This document shows, piece after piece, positions 21,560 through 32,900 of a DNA stretch of 62,000 nucleotides. The notes below the pieces were generated by a model. The model had not been told where the DNA came from. It saw only the letters and a list, made by a program, of their open reading frames with translations, and did no database searches. The stretch's first letter is position 1. Each line of letters begins with the position of its first letter. The position numbers were made by a program, and so were the translations under genes. The stretch is from Acanthaster planci (lineage: Eukaryota): positions 62,001 to 124,000 of the forward strand of contig NW_019091401.1 of assembly GCF_001949145.1 (NCBI RefSeq), written 5' to 3'.

Positions 21560-24470
21560 TCTTTTCCAAACCCGTGCAGCATCCAGATGCTTCCACACAG
21601 GCTATCAAGGAAACTACTATTGTCAATGCCTTTCAAAAGCCTGCCTGTTCATTAACACCCATGCATTTAGTCTGGAGATTTCACCTGCCAACAAACAGAA
21701 TGGGCCTATAACAAAATGAGTAAAGATGGTGAAAACCTGGCAAACTGGGCATTCAACCTTGGACTCGCCCTCCTATATGACAACCAACCCTGTTCCTTTA
21801 CCTCAGACAGACAGAGAACTGGCACAAACCCTGATCTAACCTTCATTACCACCAATGACAGGACAAAAGCTCACAGAACAGCAATCAAGAAGTTTCCAAA
21901 GTCACAACACAGACCTATAATTACCGACCCAGCAATTGTCAAGCAAACCCCCCATCTAAGCAACTTAGATACAACTCATGCAAAGCAGACTAGAAAACCT
22001 TGAAAGATGTCCTCAATAAAAGTGACTTCCAGATGCTGAAAAATCTGATGTCAATGCCAGCTGCACTGCACTTACTAACCTTATCATCAGGGCAGCTAAA
22101 GCTTCCATCCCACAGGGATACAGGAAACCCTATGTCCCTGGCTGGGACAATATGTGCAAAATCTGGCTTTCCTTCTCAATGAAAAAACTTATACAGAGCA
22201 GGACGATTACACCACAAAACTCCAGCAGCACCTTGATGAAATTTGAAGCCAGAAGGGGAAACAAATAGTGAAGAACACAGACCTTAAACATTCCAGCCGC
22301 ATGCAATAAACAAACACTTCACAGACCTGAAAGATGCTTGGAACGCCCCTTCGGTGAACCTAGACCTGTGCCGTAGCTTTAGAATTGAAGAGGTCCAAAT
22401 AATTATTAGATTTCTGAAGCTTGGGAAAGCCCCAGGACCAGACTCTCTACACCCAGAATTCCATGCAAACTTACCTAATAATGTCATAGATTGAATCAAG
22501 GTCTTCTACCTCAAATGTGTATATGAAATAAAGATTCCCAAGGTCTGGTGCACAACCCATCTTCCTATAGGCAAATCTGATGACCAAAATTAGAAGCCAT
22601 TACTACGGGGCCATTCTGTTTGCACACAGGTAGTGAGCACACATGAAATTCCTCCTTGACCAATAGGCAGTAGTCAGTTGAGGAAGCGAACAAGCGCTCA
22701 GATGGGACAGCTGCGTGAGTGTAAAAAGCCCCTTGAAATGGTGTCTTGTCAGATTTATCTATCGGTTTTAAATTCATGGAAAGATTGCTCTTAAACAGAA
22801 TCTACCCCAAAGATCTTATAGCACCACGGTGGCGCAAGATAGGGAATTCCGCCAAAAAGGGTGTAATCATCATAGGCATCATTTGAGCAAACAATACGCC
22901 TGTGCAGTGGACGTTAATGCACAGGTGCACACACACGTACCAGGTGTGCATGCCTGACGCAGCACCTGTGCCTGTGCCTGCTCAAGTGGCGCCCAGGCGA
23001 TTACAACATTTTATGCATATTCACGGTGAAGTTCTCAATCTTGTGCCACTACGCAGCCCTCTCTTTGATTACCAACACAACTCTCCCACAAGAGCAAGCA
23101 AGATTCTGTGAAGGATACTCCACCACTGACCAGGCAGCCAAACTGACCCAAGATACTGAAGACACTTTGCAAAGCATGGAAAAAGCTGTTGTCGTACTGG
23201 TTGACCTGTCAGCGGCCTATGACACTGTATGGCACAGAGGCCTTGCTCTCCAACTTCTGCAGAGGCTACCTAGCAAACACATGGCAAACGTTACATTGCA
23301 CGTGATACGCAACAGGAGCTTTAGGTTACATGCAAGTAGAGAAAAGACCAACAAGAAATTCCTCAAGAATGGAACCCCCCTGGGCCCAGTCCAGGCCCCA
23401 CTTTTAACATATAAACAGACTTACCTTCAACAAGCAGCAAAAGGTATGTTTATGCAGATGTCACAGGAACATCTATTTCAGGGCTTAACAACATACTCAG
23501 CCAAGACCTCACAAACCTTGATCACCATTTTGTGAATTGGAGGCTGAAAATGAACAAAACAAAAAACAGTCACCAACCTCTTCCACCTGACTAGTAGACT
23601 TGCAAACCAACAACTAACTGTGAAATGTGGAGAGACCGTCACACATTTAGAAAAGAAACCCAAATACCTTGGGTTAACCCTGGACAGGAGCCTCACACAC
23701 AGAAGCCACATCACAAAGATTGCAGCTTAAGTCGAAGCCAGAAACACCCTGCTCAAAAACCTAGCTGGTACTAACTGGGGAGCTAGTTTTTCCATCCTCA
23801 GAACATCCACACTAGCCCTAGCCTACTCTACTGCAGAATAATGCATTTCAGTATGGTGTAGAAGTAAGTACACAAAACCCTTAGATGTCGCCCTCAACAA
23901 CAGGATGAGACACATCAAAGGAAGATCAACGCCAACTATATTTCTGCCATTACTGAGTGGCATCCCACCACCTGCCAGAAGAGCTCAAGATGCCAAACTC
24001 CCACTGCACATAAGACTGGGCCAAACCCAAGAAAACTTGGACTCGCTTCCAGATCACCACTCATCCTCTGTCTCAAGGATCTGCTGAATGAGTAGGGCAG
24101 CAAGTCCACTGAAGTGTGGGATAAGAAAGAATGGAAAGACTGGAATACCTACCACGGTAGCAGACTACACGAGTTCATCCCTCATCCCAGTACTCAGCCT
24201 CCTGGAAATGACTTGGATACACACTCCTAGACAAGACTGAAACGCCTTAGATCTGGTCATGTTTGCTTCAGAGCAGACATGCACAGATGGCGCCAGTGTA
24301 CATTACCTCTCTGTGACTGTGGGGCTGATCAACAACCCTTAGTCCACATTCTAGAGACTTGCCCAGCATGCAAGTGCCCCGGCAAGCAATCCCTCAAAGA
24401 CCTTGATGAGAAAGCATGCCATTGGCTCAGAACCACTGACCTTACAATTTGATTCTTTTGGTTATTTGCA
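21560..24470 (+). mobile_element. Decayed non-LTR retrotransposon (APE endonuclease + RT), RTE-X-like
   Basis: Frameshifted or stop-interrupted motifs: GDFTCQQTEWAY, NPDLTF, FPKSQHRP, KAPGPD, LVDLSAAYDTVWHRGL, YAD, PKYLGLTLDRSL, LAGTNWGAS, LAYSTAE, C-terminal CDCG..H..C. Clade assignment is from recall of motifs. Confidence 0.85.
22808..23067. mobile_element. Foldback MITE nested in the LINE RT region
   Basis: gtggcgcaagatagggaattc (22829-22849) versus gaagttctcaatcttgtgccac (23028-23049). It interrupts ...LNRIYP / TLPQEQARF. Confidence 0.65.
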
Positions 24471-25783
24471 TATATATGGTGGACGCACAACGATTTGCAG
24501 GCTCTTATTGGACAATCGCTGAAGTTGGGCGTCAACATCTGATTTCACTGTTCCATGTAAACGGCAATCAATGCATGTAACCCTATGTGTAGTGCATGTG
24601 TGCAGTGGGCGTTGCTTAAACTGAAGTGACGTCACACTTACGAACCGGATATAAATGTGTGTATAATGAGATGCATATTCATATTTTACAGAATAAGTTA
24701 CCTTCCCTGAATATCACCGTAAAACTTGCAATTATAAATTGTTATCTAAATGCTATTTCAGGTGATCTACGATGCATTACGGCATTCCTGAACCAAACCT
24801 GCTTCTGATATCATAATCGCGAACAGAAACAAGAGTCACATCTGCTCACAGAAACAACAAAATTGGTACAATTTTCAACCAGTGATGCACAACCAGAGTG
24901 GTTACTGATTATGACTGCCAAAACACACCCAAGTTGTCTAAACAGTGGTTGCAGTTTAGCTGTGCTGCCGTATGAAGGATCCAGTGTTGTCCTACAAAAT
25001 CTTAAAAGCATCTTTAAATGACAAACATTCTATGAAATGGTACTGGATATATCAATTTCACCATTGTTTTAAACCAATTGTCACTTGTTTTGGACTTTGA
25101 ACATCAGACTGATCAGTCACATTACAAATGTGTGGCAAGGTTTTAAAACATGCAACAGATTTTACTGCTAGCGCAGATCTGGGGTTTTTCTTTGTCACTG
25201 AACTAGTGGGACTGCCATTTTGTGCGATTTTTCGAAATCACATTCAACATTCACTATCAGTAAATGCAGTTACGGTAAGCCTGTTTTTCTAGGCCAGAAA
25301 TACAGCTATTAAGAACTATTAACTGCACAAACTGCTACAGAACCACATGATGGGCATTACTGTGCCCTTGACTAAATACTTTAAAGTGAGGAGAAAGTGT
25401 AAATTATAGCCTGAAAGGATGGTCATTACTTACCTATATCTGGATAAATTTACTATCTCTTTATGATTGAGTGGTTGATTATTCTTACTAAAGGTAGGTT
25501 TGTATTTAGTGTAACTCATCTTTATACATTTGTATATTAATGTACATGTACATGAAACCAGTGCCATCCGGGCAAAATTTCATAGCATAACCAATTTTGT
25601 GCTAGAAAATATCGATCAACTCCAAAAGCATGCTCAACATCAGATGAAAAAAGTCATTGACGTACCAGTACAAATTTCCAAATGCACATGGATGTTGGCA
25701 ATGAAATACTGTTAGACAGTAGCTTATATTTATGCTATAGTAAGCACAACTTGTGGGCTACATGATTTCTGCGTAACTTTTAA

Positions 25784-26315
25784 CCACTACCTGCCGGGTG
25801 GATTTTTCTTGAGCAAGATGAGATGACGGGACCTTTTCAAGATTGTCTGTTTTTAAAATTCTTCAAAAATTCATGTGTCCATTTACTTGACGTTTACACC
25901 CACACAAACGACTGTCTGGTGGCTAGTCTAATCTGACAGGCAACCTTCATTGATGCCCGAGTATTCAGCCCAGGCCTGCAGCCCTACAAAAGAGAGCCCA
26001 GAATTGTGAGGTGTTGCACGATTTCCTTTGTTCCGGTGAATGCCAGTAGCGTCTTTTCATACGCAGCTGGATTAGCAAGCAGCGGCACTGTGTCGCTCAT
26101 CAATGGGGCCCTGGAGCACTTTTGTCCACGGTGCTAATCCGCGGGCACGCTATGCCCAAAACAGTGGTATTGTTTCAAAACAGTGCCGGATTACTTTCAA
26201 AAATGGAAGTCGAAAAATGATGGCAATTCCCAGCAGCAGGTCCTTTGTTCCAAGTATAGTCTTGTTACACAGACCAGCTCTTTTGTCCAAAACCGAGCAC
26301 CTCGGCAGGAAGTGG
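25784..26315. mobile_element. piggyBac-type MITE, complete copy
   Basis: TTAA on both sides (25780-25783, 26316-26319). TIRs ccactacctgccg / cggcaggaagtgg. Confidence 0.8.
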
Positions 26316-27850
26316 TTAAGAAATGCTATGAAAATTGGCCCCGATCCTTACATGAAGTACATGTGATGGAAGCTGGGCTGTGTTGCTTGAATGCATCAGT
26401 GCACTTCAAAAACCTGGTGCTAAATGTCACGCAGCATACCAGTTGGGTTTACAGGACCTGGAATTCTATTTTAGTATTAGAGTACATGCGCCACTGCATC
26501 TTCTTTAAGTTTTACCAAATTACGGGCTGGTGACGAACTGCAACATGCATTTACATGTACGTAAGCTGTGCACCATTTGTGTGTGCATACATAACTACAG
26601 CACCCATGACTACAGTTATTTCTTGTCATTTCCCAGGATGAATGAAAGGGGTTCAAATGCACGGGTAGACAAGAACTGAGCTACAGTGCTTGACAGTCTG
26701 CGCTCCTTGTGTTTGACCGTCAGCTACAGCACACTGACTGACGTATTGAGTATTATCCAATAACAGTTGTTCACAATGCCACTTTTGTGCATATCCATCG
26801 TTTATTTTGGGGTTTTTTTTCTCCCAGGAACTCTGTGCTCATATTTTCCCACAGTCTCTAGTATGTGAAGTCTATGACGGCTGAAATCCACAGCTGCTGA
26901 TAAATTTTAATATGTCTGTTAATACGGCAAGCAACATTTAAGGCACAGGAGTAGACAGATCACCTCTGCATTTTGGGGTCAATAAATCACTACAGAAATG
27001 GGACGCTCAGCTATGACACCTTCTGCTCAAATTTCACTTAAACAACTGAATTGGTTCTAGATTGCAAGCAATATGCATTTAAATGATAATTAAGCTGGCT
27101 TGGAACATTTTACTTTCTACTGTCTAGATGTGGACAGCAGAAAACGTTTTTTTGTCTATAATCAGAAATTTCATGATTCTGTTCTTAAAGAACTTTTCAC
27201 TCTGTGTCTCCTACAGTAGTCTTACCTGGGAAATCACCATGCTCCAAATCTCTAAACAAGGCTATATGAACTGACAGGACAAAACAATTGTTATCATTTA
27301 CAGTTGAAGATAAACACGCCTTCTTTATCCGTTTATAATCTCATACCGTTTGGAAGATTGAAAGCCCTTGATTAAACCCAAGATATGAACAGTGGTAACA
27401 AAGATAAATCTTGTGAACATCTAATGGCCACAAAATTTGATGAAATTTTGATGAATTTACAAACCACGATAGATTTCAGGAAAAATTGTTTTTCAAAGAT
27501 AAAAACCTCTCTGTACAATTAATTATATTTGACACATTTTTCAAAATGAGGTTGTGTGAGAATCATTCATGATTGCTTTTGTATACTAAAAACAGCCAAT
27601 TTACATTCTAAGTCATTAGTGTACGGCCAACAATTACAAAACCACACAAAATGGACAAAAATCTTTTGAGTCTGAGAAAACTCAAAGATGGAAATAATTT
27701 GCTTTCCAAATATCTTCCTAACACTGCAAGTATTCTGCAGGTATTCATAAATTTAGCAACAATCCCGAACATGCTGAACAATGGCATTTATACTCTTTTC
27801 ATGAACAGATGTGCATGCATTTTCTGAATAAAAAGTCCATCAAATTAAAG

Positions 27851-28050
27851 AGAAGCACTTTTAACCACAATCAGGACAGTACCGAATATCCAAATCATTC
27901 TATCAAATGAAAAGTTGAATATTCGGATATTCAGTGATTCAAACAAACATTTAAAAAGAAGCACTTTTAACCACAATCAGAACTGTACCAAATATCCAAA
28001 TCATTCTATCAAATGAAAAGTTGAATATTCGGATATTCAGTGATTCAAAC
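27851..28050. repeat. Two-copy tandem duplication, period 106 bp
   Basis: 27851-27944 and 27957-28050 are nearly identical. They are followed by tgactcagcccta, a terminus also seen at 52024-52036. Confidence 0.85.
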
Positions 28051-28250
28051 TGACTCAGCCCTAACCATGATGGAGACTGATGGCTAAAAACCATGGAAAG
28101 ACTTGTTTTTTAAAAACTGAAGATTACAAAGGAAAGGTTTAAGAAGATTTTAAAATATTCATGAGAACATTTGCAATTACGAGTATGTTACATTTCAGAT
28201 TTCAAAACAAAATGTTAAACTGTGACCTTGAACTGTTCATTTCGAAAATC

Positions 28251-28426
28251 AATACAGCCGTTTCACAAAAGTGCGCCACCAAGAGTTTGCAACGCATTGG
28301 CCAATCACAATGCGCGAACTTTGTTGACCCAATGCACATTTGGAGATGGTCGACAAATTTTGTGTATTATGATTGGCCAGCGTGTTACAAACTCTTGGTG
28401 GCGCACTATTGTGAAACGGCCATATT
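28251..28426. repeat. 176-bp palindromic foldback element (MITE-like)
   Basis: gccgtttcacaaaagtgcgccaccaagagtttgcaac...ggccaatca pairs with tgattggcc...gttacaaactcttggtggcgcactattgtgaaacggc. Confidence 0.85.
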
Positions 28427-29781
28427 GAAAGAAATGAGAATCTACATGTACATGTACCAACAGTTTCATGAACAAATGAAAGAAATGTGCATTGAACCAA
28501 CACAGAAAACGACAAACAAAATATTCCTATTTCTTTGGTTTTGAAATAAAAATCAAATGTCAATGTTGAAAGTAAAGTTGAAATATCTTATTTACAGAAC
28601 AAACAAATTTAAGTTCTGAAAAATGAATATGACTTCAACAAAAACTCCCACATGTAAGGAAAATTGGCAACACAACTTTAGTCGTGAAAAACATACCATT
28701 GTCAATTGATGAGGCAATGTAAAAAAGAAATGGAATTAAAAAATATTAGACCTTAAACTTGAACAAAAAGTACTTAAAGGAATAAAAAGACTCAATCTCT
28801 ACCCTTACCTACACTTAGAGGCAAAAGCCATTTACTCGTTCTAGTCTCCATGTCCTTTCACTGTACTAGTTGCGGACTACTGCAACATTTCTAGTGACTA
28901 GTAATGTACCCTGTACAGGAACTGTCGGTGAGGCTTGTGCAACCTATGCACAAGAGACAAGGAAGCCAGTGTACTCAGACAAATATGTGCATGCAAAGGA
29001 TGTGATGTATGCATGGCCAATTTTCAACTGAATGTGCACAACTGTGGTATTTCTGCCAGGCTGTGTCTAATTCAAATGGCTGCTGTCAGGAGTGACACAT
29101 GTCTATGGGAAGTGGTTGTGGCTAGCCAATAGTTCCCACAGGCAAATGTGTTATTTTCAGCCGCAGCTGTAACTTTTATATATGACCTCACAACACAAAT
29201 ACATCAGTGTGTAGGTGCAAATGGAAATGGTGCTAAATTGTCTTTTGCTGACAGCAATACTTCACATTTTACAACTCAGGTAATGGTTGGGCAGAGAACC
29301 TGTGAATGTACAAACACCTGTCCACCACTGTCTCACCTACGCATATCAGTATGAATTAGCAATTCTGGACCACTGCCTACCACATATCAATTTGCCAGAT
29401 TCTGTGACCCAGCTGCTTCTCTCACACCACCAAAAATTGCACAGACTGTATCTTTTTCACAACACTGAAAAATTTCACCATATCACAACAGGAAGGATTG
29501 TTCAAACTCAACTACTGTACCATGGGCATTTGAAATTTTAAACATGCATGAATCTACCAGTTTCCTGAATTTTTTTCCCAAAACAATGGATTGTTTCCAA
29601 AACCATGAACAAAGGAACCAAGTATTCATAAAAAGTTTAAAGAGTGTGGCAATGTTTGATGAAATCCTCTTCTGTATCCAAAAATTCATCCAAAAAAATC
29701 TAGTTGGTGTGCACACTCCAAACTCAGTACAATACCTCCCTGCTTGATACTCGGCTTTGACAAGACCATCATATGTTGGAC

Positions 29782-29924
29782 TCAGACGCAAGACTCCGTC
29801 ATGACGCTCTCTGCATCGCTGTCAATGTACCGGATGCCTTGATGGAGAGATCGTGGCAAGGTAGCGCTGGCAAAGACACCGCGGACAAATGGCCGCTGCT
29901 GACTGGCAAAGCCACCACAGTCCT
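29782..29924 (-). CDS. USP31: USP31-like terminal coding exon (DCGGFASQQRPFVRG...TESCV*)
   Basis: gcacag acceptor in phase 1, GGF..RPFVR motif, TGA stop. Confidence 0.8.
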
Positions 29925-32900
29925 CTGTGCATCGAGAAATTGACATTAAGCAATGATGCATGACTAAAAAGCGTGTACATATGTATAAGCAATGACAAAC
30001 ACTGGGCATTTCCACAGCAAAACACTGTCTCCATTGGTGCAAGCTTGTGGATTTCCACAATAAATGATTTGACGATGCACACTGAAAATGCATGGAAAAT
30101 TAAATTTACTTTGACCATATACTTATCACATTCTTGTGCTCTCTACTGCTTGTTGTCCAATAAGGTCTGCTCTTTTCTACGTCACATTGGAATCAGAATT
30201 TTGCCTACCAGTGACAGGTAAAATTATTGCTGATTATACAACACCTGCAAAAATTCCCATCATATGAATGGTGGATCGTTGATCATGTCAGTGAAATATT
30301 TGTTCCTTTCAACAGTATCCACTGACTCTGTTTCACAACATGACGGATGTTAATATGTGAGAGGGACCTATTTTGTTCTTCTATACAAGGGAGGATTTAT
30401 GCGGGTACTGTAAAAACAAATAATGAATGTTTCATTTGGTGACAGATGAATATTAACTTCCACTCAGCTTTGCCTCGTAGGATTGAATATTTTATCTTTC
30501 ACCTCATAAACTTATTCTCACCCCTGCCCTCGTGAACAATCTTTAGTACATAAGCAAAAGAATAATTCATCAACTGTTTTAATGTCAGGAAGCTACGAAA
30601 TAATGAACAATTCTTATAAATACTAAATGAAAGTACAATCCTCTCTGACAGCATTTGGGAAAATGTGCATCTTGAGTTAAAATCTGACATTAGCCATGGC
30701 AAAACAAAAGGTGTCTATAAGCAAGTACACATATCAAAAAGTGAGCATGGGCCACTGAGTTAACCTGCATGTAAGGTCAACGGACATCCAGCTTTGCTGT
30801 AATACTGAAACAAGTCACACTCATCCTGTCATAAATGGGTTAAACACCAAACAACCCACCATCGCTGAGGTCATCCTGCAGGTCGGTGCGCCGGCCCAGG
30901 CTCAGTGACCTCTCACCTCGCAGCGCACCCAACGAGGACAGGCTGTTGTCATTGGAGGCCTCATCCGACAGCACGTCCTCCTGGCTGGAGCCCAGCTGCT
31001 GTTGCTGCTGCAGCTGTTGTTTCTGCTGCTGCTTGAAGGCCGGCAAGCGGTGGATCCAGTGGTCTGAGCCCGAGGAACAGGTGGAACTGCTTGAGCTGCT
31101 GCTGCTGGTGCTGGTGCTAGACAGGCTGCGGCGGTGGTAGAAGAGGATGTAGGCATTGCGGGTCAACAGGGTGTCCTCAGGCAGAGTAACCACCTTGGAG
31201 TCGTCGAAGTTGTACCACTGGTTGTCGGCGGGATTGCGACAGTATGCTGGGAGCGGAAATTGCAACGATCAATTAGTGAAGGCTCAGTTCAAATAACAAA
31301 CTCCATCTTAGCTTTGAGGTTTGTTATTGGTCGTCTTCTCAGCAAATTTTGGCCAAAGAAAAGTCAGAGAATTTCTGTTCTCACAGCAACGCTTTTTTCA
31401 CAGAACATCTACCTAAGGGTAGACCCAGGGAAATCATTCAGAGGCCATCCCCCTTCCAAAAAAAAGAAAAAAAATAATTTCTTTTAAAGAAAAAAAACAA
31501 ATCTCCAGTCTATTTAACTTCAGGTCCTTTCAAAAGCATGTAAAAGCCCCCAAATGTAGCCTCACCTCTCAGAAAGGAGTCCCAGGTAACAACAAAAAAT
31601 TATCAATTTTTTTGCCCCCCTCCCAAAAAGAAATGGTTCTGACTTTACCCTTCAGTACACCGTTCCCAAGTCAACATGTATGCACAAACATATACCACTA
31701 GTCCCATTCAGGAACAAGTGCTGTTTTATGAAGGAACAGCGTGTGTTGTCAGTCATAACAAGCAATGCCCTCTGGGAATGCTATTTGGTGTTCCCATTCT
31801 TGAGACGCTCCCCAAGTGGACTCATTTTGCTGGAAGTAGACAAGTCAGGGATAACCCCAACCCAAAGTGAAATCAGTGTTTTGCATTAAGTGCAGGAATG
31901 GAATGAGACCTCACTCCTTTCAAAGCATCTCAAGAAGATAAGATCGGGGGCCAATTCATAGAGCTAGTAAACACAACATTTTGCTACGGAAAGAAAACAT
32001 CCACTTGATAAATGCAGGTTACCAGCCCACAACTCCCTGCATGATATTATTCACCAGTGGCTGGTTCCCATTTCCTAGTAACTGGCCATGTGCCAATTGC
32101 TTGGTTGTGGCTTGAAATCACACACAAGTCTGTGGTATTACCTGCAGCCATTTCCCATTAAGTCGTGTAATTTTCAGCCACAACCAGGAGATTTGAACAT
32201 GGCCTACCTTTGCCAAGCAGTATTTCGTGTTAAGCTCTTTGAAATTGGGTCCAAGGTTTAATATCTTTAAGCTCTGAGCACAGAAATTGGATTAGAGCTG
32301 CTGAGTACTTTCAATTATCCAGTGAAACCCTCTCCCCCCTTCTGGTGGATCTTGGATGCTTAGGGCTAAGGCTTCTGAAAAAAAAATTAGGGAAGACATG
32401 GCCATGGAGGTCCCCAATGGTTGTACTGACTACAGTAAACTGTCTGCAACAAACCTGTATAATGCCCGCCTTGCATGCTACCTATGTGGTTGCACACTGC
32501 GTACAGATCGTAGACATGCTCCGTCACGTGATGCGTCCGTCGTCTGTGGATGTGTCGCCAGGGTGACCAGCCAGTCAGCGCGTTGAGGGAGGCAGCGTGG
32601 GCATTCTGCTGCCTGCGGGCAATGTACTGGGCCATGTTGAGACCGTGGATGGGGAATTCCACCAGAGTGTTCAACTTGGTGCGGCTTGTGCTCAGCTGCA
32701 ATGAGTTAAAAAAGTTCTCACCAACAAAAGAAACAGGATTTTCAGTGTTCAGGCAGAGGACAGGATTCAGGTTCTATTTGTGACCAATACCCTAAAATTT
32801 AAGTTTTGACAATTCCTTCCCCTACTGTTAATTTTCATCCTTCAAATGATTCTAAGGCCTGGAGGAAGTCAGCGGGAAGCTTTGGTAGTTACAGGCAATA

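Noticed and set aside
23026..23535. Intact or domesticated reverse transcriptase gene
   Set aside because: Fragment of a LINE with stops, frameshifts, nested insertions and a broken YADD motif.
30886..31487. Plus-strand Cys-rich and other ORFs overlapping USP exons (also 52255-52482 and 61385-61997)
   Set aside because: Antisense shadows of GC-rich coding exons.
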